In this document: piece after piece, positions 9,805 through 18,382 of the stretch
Layout: each line of letters begins with the position of its first letter
Numbering within the stretch: the stretch's first letter is position 1
Origin: Methanolinea sp.
GTDB taxonomy: Archaea; Halobacteriota; Methanomicrobia; Methanomicrobiales; Methanospirillaceae
DNA length: 64,000 bases
Reading direction: 5' to 3'
Assembly (NCBI GenBank): GCA_030019395.1
Contig: JASEES010000002.1
Span: 47,443-111,442 of the forward strand
Made by a program: the position numbers and the translations under genes
Notes under the pieces: generated by a model
What the model saw: only the letters and a program-made list of their open reading frames with translations
The model's database searches: none
What the model was told of the DNA's origin: nothing

Positions 9805-10075
9805 GGAAACTCACTCCTCTTCATCTTGAACGTCTTCTGGAATCTATACAGAACCGGGGGAACTGCCCGCCCACCAGGGGCGGGCCCCGGCAAAAATGCC
9901 CGATGGGAATCCCTGTCCGGGAAAAGGATAGAGGAACTGGATCTTCGTGCGGGAGGAAGCGGACTGGCCAAAATAACAATCCAAGGGTTATCACCTTATT
10001 TATTCAATGATGTATAATTCTATACAATCATGTATAAAAAATTACTGAAAAAGTTCCCGCGAGTCCGGAAAGAGT

Positions 10076-11413
10076 CTATCCCGTCCGCAGGTTCCGGAGC
10101 ATGCGTTCTGCCTCTCTCCGCTGGAGGACGGCGGAGCAGTGGAGGGTGAAGAGGTTGAGGACATCGGTATTTTCAAGGTGGGATCCCCGGGGAAGCAGAA
10201 GAACGGTAACAGCATGGGTCTTTCCCCCCCATACGAGGCCGGAACCTGTGATCCTCCCGAAAGAACCGGTTTCTTCGAGTTTTTTGCAGGTTTCATCCGG
10301 TATCCGGCCAAACGAGAGTTCTTTTATTCCCCCGGCGATATCGACGAATACAGGTGGAAAGGACAGATCCTGTCTTTCGGCGGGGAGGTCAAATTCAAGC
10401 CCCACCAGGGGTCTCCCGATAATCCGTGTCGCTTCTGCGATAATCTCCCTGTCCGCCCTGACTGATTCGAGGCGGAGCACGGGGCCGGGCTGCACGGAAC
10501 TTACGAGGACTGCCGATCCTTCCGGCGCAAGGCGTGCCAACGAGTCGGCAATGAAAGAATAAATGTCTCCATCGAGTGGGAATTCAGCCAGTTTACTTGC
10601 CTTTTCCGAGACAAAACGCATGGCCCTGATGTAGGCCTCGAGCCGGGACCGGGTCTCTTTCTGCAGGGTGATGTCTGTAAAGGAAGCGATGAAACCGAGG
10701 GGAATACCCGAATCGTCGTGGATGACGTTGACATGGACCTGTGCATCGAACGTTGATCTGTCTTTCCGGAGCGCGACAGCCTGGCCCGACCAGCCCTTCA
10801 TCGTGAGAAGATCGGGGATTGCCCGGGTGTCGATCTCCGGCGAGACGACGAACTCAATCGCATGTTTCCCTATGATTTCTGTATCATCGGAATACCCCCA
10901 TAACTCTATACTTGCCCTGTTAGCAAACCGGATCCTGCCATAGATATCGCAGAAGCAGAGGGGATGGGGGGATCCGCGGATTGCAGCCTCCATGACCTTT
11001 AAACGCGCAGAGACGTCGTCGTGCTGTTTTTCTGCGCGACGGCGCATCACAGACTCGCGTATGGCATGCTCAAGCTGGATGAACTGTGACCTCACGTGGA
11101 GTCCCTTCGGGAGGAAAAAGTCAGCGCCGGAGGTCAGTGCATCAATCACAACCTCCTCGTCATTATAATCGGAAAAAATGAGGAAAGGTGTATTCTTGTC
11201 CTTTTCCCGGACATATTTCAAAAGGTCCAGCCCGCTGCACCCCGGCATGGTGTAGTCGGAGACGATTGCATCGTACTCCTGCCGGGAGAGCATCCCGATT
11301 GCCGATTCCCCGGATGTGGCGGTGTCAACGGAAAAGTCACCTGCCTGTGACAGGAAAAGACCGGCAAGTTCGAGGATTACACTGTCGTCATCGACATGGA
11401 GCAGCCGGATCAT
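10076..11413 (-). CDS. Response regulator with receiver + PAS + uncharacterised C-terminal domain (no DNA-binding or kinase domain seen)
   Basis: 445 aa. REC signature MIRLLHVDDD...AIVSDYTMPGCSGLDLL...PFLIFS, followed by a PAS-like region (IRFANRASIELWGY). Confidence 0.8.
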   Translation of the reverse strand: MIRLLHVDDDSVILELAGLFLSQAGDFSVDTATSGESAIGMLSRQEYDAIVSDYTMPGCSGLDLLKYVREKDKNTPFLIFSDYNDEEVVIDALTSGADFFLPKGLHVRSQFIQLEHAIRESVMRRRAEKQHDDVSARLKVMEAAIRGSPHPLCFCDIYGRIRFANRASIELWGYSDDTEIIGKHAIEFVVSPEIDTRAIPDLLTMKGWSGQAVALRKDRSTFDAQVHVNVIHDDSGIPLGFIASFTDITLQKETRSRLEAYIRAMRFVSEKASKLAEFPLDGDIYSFIADSLARLAPEGSAVLVSSVQPGPVLRLESVRADREIIAEATRIIGRPLVGLEFDLPAERQDLSFPPVFVDIAGGIKELSFGRIPDETCKKLEETGSFGRITGSGLVWGGKTHAVTVLLLPRGSHLENTDVLNLFTLHCSAVLQRREAERMLRNLRTG

Positions 11414-11602
11414 GAATAAATGACACCTGTGCGATACTACTAGTGGTAAACGAAGAGATTATATAAAAATTTTTAAATTAATCTCCTTCAATCCAAAATA
11501 ATCCGGATGATAATTCCCTGCATTCCTGTTTCCTTTTATCTCCCGTCCCGGGGGAACGGGCCGGCTGCATGTTTTCGCGCAATCCGGAAGGAATAACCCC
11601 GG

Positions 11603-13135
11603 GTGCAGATGATAGTAAGGGGTATGAAGGACGCATCGTCCCCGCAGGAAACGTCTTTTGGCCTCCTCGTCTTCTCCATATCGCTTGCGATCTTCATGTC
11701 GTCGCTTGACGGCACGATTGTCAATATTGCCCTTCCCACAATTTCGGAAGCATTCGGTATATCATCGAGCACTGTCAGCTGGGTTGCCACGGCCTACATG
11801 CTCGTCCTGGCAGGGTGCATCCTCGTCTTTGGCAGGATCTCAGACGTTGTCGGTCTCCGATCGGTTTTCCTTTCAGGTTTTGCAATCTTTTCCGCCGGTT
11901 CGTTCTTCTGCGGGATGCTTCCGGACTTTTTCCACTCTTTTCCACTCCTCGTGGCTTCCAGGGTCTTTCAGGCCATCGGCGGGGCCATGATGACGGCAAT
12001 TGCACCTGCAATGGTATCTGTCTACGTCCCGGGAGAGAGGAGGGGTGCGGCAATGGGGACGGTCATGACACTTGCCGCACTCGGGACGGCACTGGGCCCG
12101 GCTGTCGGCGGGGTGCTGACCCAGTACCTGTCATGGAACTGGATCTTTCTCATAAACGTGCCCATCGGTATGGGAGCAGTCCTGCTCGGTGCACGGGTCA
12201 TCCCGCCGGTGGAAAGGCCTGCCGGGACGAAACGGTTCGATGTGCAGGGCGCGATCCTTGTTTTCTGTGGCCTTGCAGCCCTCATCTTTTCTGTTACGGA
12301 GGCGCCGGCACTGGGATGGACATCTCCGGTCATCGTTGCATCTGTTGCACTCTCCGGGGCAGCCCTTCTTTTCTTTGTCCGGAGAGAGGTCTCAACCGAT
12401 GACCCCATTCTCGATTTACGCCTCTTTTTGAGCCGCAATTTCTCCCTGAGCAACCTCATCCTCGCCCTGGTCTTTCTCAGTTTTGCCGGGATCAGCTATC
12501 TCCTCCCCTTTTTCCTCGAGTATGTCAAGGGGTTCCCGCCATCCGTATCCGGGCTAATCCTGACCGCCTTTTCGGCAGGCATGATGGTCGGCGGCATTGT
12601 GTCAGGTTTCCTCTACAACCGTGCCGGCCCGCGATCCCTTTCCATTGGTGCGGCGGTCATCCTGCTTGCCGGGTATTTCATGATGTGGCACCTGAAGGTC
12701 GATACGACGACCATGTCTATCGTAGCATGCCTGATCACCATCGGGCTCGGGATGGGCCTCCTGATCACGCCCCTCACGAACATGATCATGAATGCCGTCC
12801 CGCGGAGTTACCAGGGCATGGTTTCGAGCCTCACCAGCCTCGAGCGCTACGTACCCATCACGCTGGGCATCGCCATCTTCAACCTCGTCTTCATCCAGGG
12901 AGTCACCTCCATTGCACGGCACCGGGGTGTCACCGCGTCCGCACCGGCAACCCTCACCCTCCCTGTGCTTGCAGCCGGGTTCGACCTTGCGTTCTTTGGG
13001 TCTTTTTTGCTCGGGCTGATCATCGTGATCCTGACACTCATTGTCCGCGAAGAAGTTCACCCTGATTTCCGGGAAGGAGAGGGAGGAGATGGTGCAGATC
13101 ATGCAGGGGAGCAACAGCCATTTCTTGGGATATAG
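11603..13135 (+). CDS. MFS transporter, DHA2 (EmrB/QacA-like, about 14 TM) family
   Basis: 510 aa. LDGTIVNIALPTI..VSWV.TAY.L and GRISDVVGLR motifs. The track start at 11603 is GTG. In-frame ATGs at 11609 or 11624 are alternative starts. Confidence 0.85.
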   Translation: MQMIVRGMKDASSPQETSFGLLVFSISLAIFMSSLDGTIVNIALPTISEAFGISSSTVSWVATAYMLVLAGCILVFGRISDVVGLRSVFLSGFAIFSAGSFFCGMLPDFFHSFPLLVASRVFQAIGGAMMTAIAPAMVSVYVPGERRGAAMGTVMTLAALGTALGPAVGGVLTQYLSWNWIFLINVPIGMGAVLLGARVIPPVERPAGTKRFDVQGAILVFCGLAALIFSVTEAPALGWTSPVIVASVALSGAALLFFVRREVSTDDPILDLRLFLSRNFSLSNLILALVFLSFAGISYLLPFFLEYVKGFPPSVSGLILTAFSAGMMVGGIVSGFLYNRAGPRSLSIGAAVILLAGYFMMWHLKVDTTTMSIVACLITIGLGMGLLITPLTNMIMNAVPRSYQGMVSSLTSLERYVPITLGIAIFNLVFIQGVTSIARHRGVTASAPATLTLPVLAAGFDLAFFGSFLLGLIIVILTLIVREEVHPDFREGEGGDGADHAGEQQPFLGI

Positions 13136-13233
13136 GAACGCAATTATCAGAATCTTTTCAATAATCGGATATCTTCCTCCTATTTGAACCCACCGGGAGC
13201 ACTTTCACCCCGCGCTCTCTCCACCCTTATGGC

Positions 13234-13785
13234 ATGGGGCGTGCCAGTGTAGCAGGCATGGAGCTGGTGCTTGGTCCCTCGGTGACACTGCGGAGCGGGA
13301 CGTTCTCTGCCGTGGTCGCGCCCGAGGACGTGGTCCTTGCAGGCCTGAACGACAACCCCGTCCTCTCGCGCTTTCTCTTCCTCTTCGTGAGCGGGAACTA
13401 TTCGCGGCTACTTTCGGGGATCAACAGGAGGACGGTCAGCATCGAGGTGAGGCGGGCATTCACGGCGTTCCAGCTCCTGCAGATCCTGCGTGAATCGTAC
13501 CACACGATCGTCTTCGTGGAGCATGACCCCACCCTGTACGACGGGGCCGGGGGCGTGGCACACCAGGTGGGAGAGGATCTCCGGCAGCTCGGCCAGGGCG
13601 CGCTCGTCGTCCTGTACACCGCGTTTCCCGATCCCTCCTTCGAGGCCATTGCAGGGCTTGCCGACCGCGTCTTTTACCTTGCAAGCCCCGCGGCAGGTCT
13701 GCCGGCACCCCGTGCGCGGGGACGCGGAAAGATCCGTTTCCCGGGGAAGCTCCCGCGGGGGCAGCAGACGCTGGAGGGCGTGTGA
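13234..13785 (+). CDS. Hypothetical protein, possibly a degenerate RecA/KaiC-like fold lacking a P-loop
   Basis: 183 aa with good coding composition. LRSGTFSAVVAPEDVVLAG sits where KaiC/RadA-like proteins carry GxxGxGKT. A Walker-B-like hydrophobic strand IVFVEHDPTLYD is present. The stop lies 1 nt before the next gene's ATG. Confidence 0.65.
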   Translation: MGRASVAGMELVLGPSVTLRSGTFSAVVAPEDVVLAGLNDNPVLSRFLFLFVSGNYSRLLSGINRRTVSIEVRRAFTAFQLLQILRESYHTIVFVEHDPTLYDGAGGVAHQVGEDLRQLGQGALVVLYTAFPDPSFEAIAGLADRVFYLASPAAGLPAPRARGRGKIRFPGKLPRGQQTLEGV

Positions 13786-13786
13786 G

Positions 13787-14029
13787 ATGGGGCGGAGTTT
13801 CACGAGTGTCAGGCAGGAGGTCAGGGCCCTCACGGAGCGGTGGGAGAGGGCTGCACGCACTCTCCCGGGTCGTGACCGGGAAGTTGCCCTGCGCGTGGCC
13901 AGGATGGCAGGCGCACACGCGAGCGAGTGTTTTTATGCGTTCGACGACCCCCTGGAGGCCGCGCTCTTCTCGGTCCTCCTGGAGCTGGCAGGGGAATGCG
14001 GGGAGGGAGCGGGCCGTGTGGATCCTTGA
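13787..14029 (+). CDS. Hypothetical 80-aa alpha-helical protein (hidden inside track ORF 13490..14029)
   Basis: [80 protein letters not shown]. This frame has G/C-rich third positions. The competing frame (track ORF starting at 13782) reads as R/S/G/W-rich junk here. Confidence 0.6.
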   Translation: MGRSFTSVRQEVRALTERWERAARTLPGRDREVALRVARMAGAHASECFYAFDDPLEAALFSVLLELAGECGEGAGRVDP

Positions 14030-16028
14030 CTCGTGTGCCCGCGGGGGCCGTGTGGAGTTCTGGGAGAAGGGGAGGGGAGGGCGGCACGTTACCCGGCCTG
14101 CACCCCCCTCCTTCCTCCTCCACCTCCCCGACCCTCACTATCACCGTGACCTCGTGGAGGGCCTGGAGAGCCGCTACAGAGTGGAAGAGTGTGCCATCCG
14201 GACGATCCACGGCGTTCTCGATGGTTACCGGGTCTGGGCAGGGAAAGACGTTGCAGCTCGGATCGAGGAACAGACGCGGTACGAGGCGCAGATCTACGAT
14301 GCCGATATCCGCCCCGACCTCGGTCTCATGGCAGAAGGGGGGTTTTTCCCCTGCAGCGAAGACGGCGAGTCCCGTTTCTCTGTTGACTTCTCCCCTGACC
14401 TCTCCGTCGTGGAAATCCTGCCCGCGGGAAACCCCTTCGTCAGCGGTCCCCTCCCTGCCCTCGTGCTCGTCGCAGACGGGAGGAGGGAGAGGCTGGAGGG
14501 GGACGAGAAGACAATCCTCGCGGACCTCGAGGGGGTCCTCTCCTCTGCAGACCCTGACGTCATCCTCTTTCCCCATGCCGACCTCTGGGTTCCCCGGATG
14601 GTCGCACGGGCACGCGGGTTAGGCACCGGGACGGGACTCTCGCGGTCGGGCAGGTTCCGCCGGCTCTCCCAAAAGTCGTACTGGAGCTACGGGAGGACGG
14701 AGTTCCGTGCGGGAGCCCTCATCCCTGACGGGAGGCTGCTGATCGACACAACCGGGAGCTTCCACTACAGGGAGAGCGGGCTTTTGGGCATCCTTCTCGG
14801 GTCGCGGCTCTCGTGTCTCCCCCCAAACCTCGTATCGCGTTTCTCTTCCGGGACACTCATCTCTTCCTACGAGGTGTACGAGGCAAAGAGGAGGGGCATT
14901 GCGGTCCCCTGGAGGAAGGCAGACGCCGAGAGCGTGCGGCGCCTTCCCGACCTCCGTGCCGCGGACCGCGGGGGGATGATCTTCCAGCCCGCGCCCGGTA
15001 TCCATGACCGTGTCTTCGAGATCGATTTCACCTCGCTGTACCCCTCCCTCATCGTCCGGGACAACCTCTCTCCCGAGACGCTCACCTGCCCCGGGAGGAG
15101 GGGTTTTCTCCCGGATGTCCTCGAACCCCTGCTTGCCATGCGACGCAGGACAAAGGAGCTGAAGGCATCCGACCCCCGGTACGCAGGCCGCGACGCCCTC
15201 CTCAAGTGGATGCTCGTCACGTGCTTTGGGTACACGGGCTACCGCAACGCCAAGTTCGGGCAGATAGAGGTGCACGAGGCGATCACCGGAAGCGCCCGGG
15301 AAGTCCTCATCCGGACACGCGACATCGCCGGGGAGATGGGTTTTTCCGTCCTCCACGGGATCGTGGACTGCCTGTGGGTGAAGGGAGGAGACATCCGTGC
15401 ACTCAGGGAACGCGTCGAGCGCGAGACCGGGCTCCACGCCGTTGCGGGTACCTACGACTGGATCGTCTTTCTCCCCATGGCGGACGGGACCGGCGCCTAC
15501 AACCGGTACTACGGCAGGTTGCAGGACGGAAGCATGAAGGTCAGGGGGGTTGCGGCGCGGAGGGGCGATACGCCCCCGTACATCAGGGACGTCCAGCACC
15601 GGATGCTGCACGTCCTCGGGTCGGCAGCAACGCTGCCCGCTGTTGCAGGCCTGCGCGACCCGCTCCAGGCACTCTACAGGGAGGCCCGGGATGCCCTCCC
15701 CGCTGCAGATCCCGCCGGAATGGCAGTCACCAGGAGGATCAGTACCCTCTCCTACCGCCATGCCTGTGCCGAGGCATCGGCCGTGGAGGCATGCAGGGCG
15801 GAGGGTATCGACCTCTTTCCCGGGATGGAGGTGCGGTTCGTGGTTACCGATGCCCGGACGTGGTCAGTGGACCTGGACTGGAAAGCCGCCCGTTTCGACG
15901 CGGGTTACTACCGGGGTCTCCTCGAAAAGGCATGGGAGGAGGTCATCTTCGCGGTGGACCAGGCCTGCCTCGCGGTGCACGGGGGGCAGTCCCGGCAGGA
16001 ACCGTCGCCGTTGCCGGCGACGCGGTGA
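14016..16028 (+). CDS. Family-B DNA polymerase paralog with degenerate catalytic motifs (PolB2-like, probably inactive)
   Basis: About 670 aa from the in-frame GTG at 14016 (VWILDS...). Motif [12 protein letters not shown]. Motif [14 protein letters not shown]. Motif C position reads HGIVDCLW instead of YGDTDS. The KxRG..RRGD region [12 protein letters not shown] is present. The candidate Exo I position reads SVVEIL and lacks the Asp. Confidence 0.85.
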   Translation: MWILDSCARGGRVEFWEKGRGGRHVTRPAPPSFLLHLPDPHYHRDLVEGLESRYRVEECAIRTIHGVLDGYRVWAGKDVAARIEEQTRYEAQIYDADIRPDLGLMAEGGFFPCSEDGESRFSVDFSPDLSVVEILPAGNPFVSGPLPALVLVADGRRERLEGDEKTILADLEGVLSSADPDVILFPHADLWVPRMVARARGLGTGTGLSRSGRFRRLSQKSYWSYGRTEFRAGALIPDGRLLIDTTGSFHYRESGLLGILLGSRLSCLPPNLVSRFSSGTLISSYEVYEAKRRGIAVPWRKADAESVRRLPDLRAADRGGMIFQPAPGIHDRVFEIDFTSLYPSLIVRDNLSPETLTCPGRRGFLPDVLEPLLAMRRRTKELKASDPRYAGRDALLKWMLVTCFGYTGYRNAKFGQIEVHEAITGSAREVLIRTRDIAGEMGFSVLHGIVDCLWVKGGDIRALRERVERETGLHAVAGTYDWIVFLPMADGTGAYNRYYGRLQDGSMKVRGVAARRGDTPPYIRDVQHRMLHVLGSAATLPAVAGLRDPLQALYREARDALPAADPAGMAVTRRISTLSYRHACAEASAVEACRAEGIDLFPGMEVRFVVTDARTWSVDLDWKAARFDAGYYRGLLEKAWEEVIFAVDQACLAVHGGQSRQEPSPLPATR

Positions 16029-16035
16029 AGAGTCC

Positions 16036-16944
16036 CTAACCCCACGTGTACGACGAGACACTCTTTCCGGCCGGATCTTTCAGAACGACCGAATCTGCAC
16101 TGTTGCCAAGGAGGGGGATTGTCTGGTTCCAGTAAAGGTCGCCTCCCCCCGGCACCCCGGACCCCGTGTGGATAACAAGAGAGTCACCGGCTTCGAGCGT
16201 GAGGGATGGAAAGCGATACAGTGCCCCGTCTCCCTCACAGAGAGTCCAGCCTGCAAGGTCAGTCCTTTCTTCTGCCACGAGAGAGACGTATTCCCCGTTG
16301 AGGTTCTCCCTGTCGTCACCGGGTGCATCGTACTGCACGTACGCGATCCGCACCGGACCGTTGCCGGCCTCTCCCGGTACCCGCGCCGGGTTCCAGAGAC
16401 CAACACCCCTCTCCCGTGCATCCTGCTGGAGTGCCAGGTACTCCTCCTTTCTGGAGAAGTCCTCGCCGGTGTAGACACGGGCATACCCTTCCCTAAGGAG
16501 CAGGGAACCGGCATCCGTGCCTTTGGATGTGACGTATGCAAGGAGCCTCCCGTACCGGTCCCGTGTGCCGGCCCTGCAGTCCCCGGAAAGAATCACGTCC
16601 TCCCCGAGCAGGAGGTCACGCGAAAAGGAGGAAGCCCTCTTTCCCCACGAGGTGAGGAATGAGGGATCCGGAATCCCCGGAAAAACGTCTTTTGAGTTCC
16701 CCGCGTCGTCAGTCTCCGGGGTATCGATCCCGAGGATGCGGACGGTATCGTCGCTCCCGTCGGGGTAACGGACGGAAAACGTGTCCCCGTCGGTAACGCG
16801 CGTCACGAGAGCGTGCGTGGTGAACCCGCAGCCATTTGCGGATCCGTTCCCGCCCGGGTGCAGGTCACCAAACGTGAGCGTGCACCCCGCACAGGCAGCG
16901 AGTATTCCCACGAAGAGGAGGGAAAGGACAGCCCGATCCGGCAT
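16036..16944 (-). CDS. Secreted thermonuclease (SNase-like) lipoprotein with a C-terminal lamin-tail-like (LTD) domain
   Basis: 302 aa from the ATG at 16944. Signal/lipobox MPDRAVLSLLFVGILAACAGC. SNase motifs VTDGDTFSV...VRILGIDTPE and RYGRLLAYV. C-terminal IAYVQYDAPGDDRENLNGEYV..AGWTL is LTD-like. The 710-aa track ORF fuses this gene to the antisense of the malic enzyme gene. Confidence 0.8.
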   Translation of the reverse strand: MPDRAVLSLLFVGILAACAGCTLTFGDLHPGGNGSANGCGFTTHALVTRVTDGDTFSVRYPDGSDDTVRILGIDTPETDDAGNSKDVFPGIPDPSFLTSWGKRASSFSRDLLLGEDVILSGDCRAGTRDRYGRLLAYVTSKGTDAGSLLLREGYARVYTGEDFSRKEEYLALQQDARERGVGLWNPARVPGEAGNGPVRIAYVQYDAPGDDRENLNGEYVSLVAEERTDLAGWTLCEGDGALYRFPSLTLEAGDSLVIHTGSGVPGGGDLYWNQTIPLLGNSADSVVLKDPAGKSVSSYTWG

Positions 16945-17055
16945 ACCTGTCCCGGTTGGTTTTTCCCGTGTATTAGATTTGTGCGGGACATGGCCGTGGA
17001 TGAGAGGTGGTACCGGGGAGGACGGTTTTATGAGCCTTTGCGTCCACGAGCGATC

Positions 17056-18264
17056 ATGGAGCCCGAGCGGGAAGAGATATACAGGGAGGCACTGGCACTC
17101 CACGCGGAGCACCGGGGCAAGCTCGAGATACGATCCAAGGTTCCGCTGGAGACCCGCCGCGACCTCTCCCGGGCCTACACTCCCGGGGTTGCCGAGGTCT
17201 GCCGGGCAATCCAGAAGAACCGGGACCTTGCCTACAAGTACACCCTCAAGGGGAACTCGGTCGCGATCGTGACAGACGGGTCTGCCGTCCTCGGCCTGGG
17301 CAACATCGGCGGGTACGCCGCGATTCCCGTGATGGAGGGAAAAGCCATCCTCTTCAAGAAGTTTGCAGGGATCGATGCGTTCCCCATCTGCTTCGAGAGG
17401 TACCAGACCGATTTTGTCGACCAGGTCAGGAACATCGCACCATGCTTCGGGGGGATAAACCTGGAGGACATCGCGGCTCCCCGGTGTTTCGAGGTCGAGG
17501 ATGCACTCCAGGACATCGGCATCCCCGTGATGCACGATGACCAGCACGGGACTGCAATCGTTGTCCTCGCAGCCCTCCTGAATGCCTGCAGGGCGACAGG
17601 GAAACATTTCGAAGACCTCCGGATCGTCATCTGCGGTGCGGGGGCTGCAGGGTACGCGATAACGAGGCTCCTGCGCTGCATCGGGTACAGCCCGGACGTC
17701 TGCCGATCCGTAAAGGACATCGTCGTCTGTGACCGGCAGGGAATCATCCACAGGGCGAGGGAGGGTCTCTACAGGAACAAGTACAAGTTCATCATCGCCG
17801 ACGAGACAAACCGTTCGGGCAGGGCAGGCACGCTTGCGGATGCGATGGAAGGTGCGGATGTCTTCATCGGTGTTTCTGCTCCCGGCATCGTGACCGAAGA
17901 GATGGTGCGGAAGATGAACGATAACCCGATCGTCTTTGCCATGGCAAACCCTGTCCCGGAGATCATGCCCGGGGAGGCAAAAAGGGCGGGAGCTGCCGTC
18001 GTGGGTACCGGGAGGAGTGATTTCCCGAACCAGATAAACAACGCCCTTGCGTTCCCGGGTGTCTTCCGCGGTGCCCTCGACGCATATGCAACGCGGATAT
18101 CCGACGAAATGAAGGTTGCGGCAGCCCACGCACTCGCCGATTACGTGGAAAAACCCCACAGGGACCACATCCTCCCCACAGTCCTCGACCGGGACGTGAC
18201 GCGTGCGATGGCAGCGGCGGTCCGCCAGGCTGCAATCGATTCAGGGTGTGCCCGCGACCTGTGA
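17056..18264 (+). CDS. NAD(P)-dependent malic enzyme (short archaeal/bacterial type)
   Basis: LSRAYTPGVAEVC, VAIVTDGSAVLGLGNIG, PVMEGKAILFK, GGINLEDI and GAGAAG. Start chosen at ATG 17056 (MEPEREEIY). ATG 16990 is an alternative. Confidence 0.9.
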   Translation: MEPEREEIYREALALHAEHRGKLEIRSKVPLETRRDLSRAYTPGVAEVCRAIQKNRDLAYKYTLKGNSVAIVTDGSAVLGLGNIGGYAAIPVMEGKAILFKKFAGIDAFPICFERYQTDFVDQVRNIAPCFGGINLEDIAAPRCFEVEDALQDIGIPVMHDDQHGTAIVVLAALLNACRATGKHFEDLRIVICGAGAAGYAITRLLRCIGYSPDVCRSVKDIVVCDRQGIIHRAREGLYRNKYKFIIADETNRSGRAGTLADAMEGADVFIGVSAPGIVTEEMVRKMNDNPIVFAMANPVPEIMPGEAKRAGAAVVGTGRSDFPNQINNALAFPGVFRGALDAYATRISDEMKVAAAHALADYVEKPHRDHILPTVLDRDVTRAMAAAVRQAAIDSGCARDL

Positions 18265-18382
18265 GGGGGGTGAATCCACAGGGAAGGGGGTATTCCGGCG
18301 GGAGCCGGAACAGGGGTGGATGGGGGTTGGGGTATGCAGGGACCGGACGGTTTTTTGGAGACCGGCTCCCAATGTTTCGGGT

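Noticed and set aside
9805-9990. Attempt to assign the ECF-operon leader to a known riboswitch class (TPP, fluoride, cobalamin, preQ1)
   Set aside because: None of the conserved core sequences I know for these classes (for example the TPP CUGAGA / ACCUGAUCUGGAUAAUGCCAGCG-like elements) is present. I kept it only as an unclassified structured leader.
13782-14015. N-terminal 78 residues of the 748-aa track ORF as part of the PolB-like protein
   Set aside because: The translation is R/S/G/W-rich with no homology to PolB N-termini. The alternative frame encodes a plausible 80-aa protein. The polymerase most likely starts at GTG 14016.
16945-18168. N-terminal two-thirds of the 710-aa minus-strand ORF (16036..18168)
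   Set aside because: This part is antisense to the well-supported malic enzyme gene and has R/P/G/D-rich shadow composition. The real gene is only the SNase-LTD lipoprotein starting at ATG 16944.
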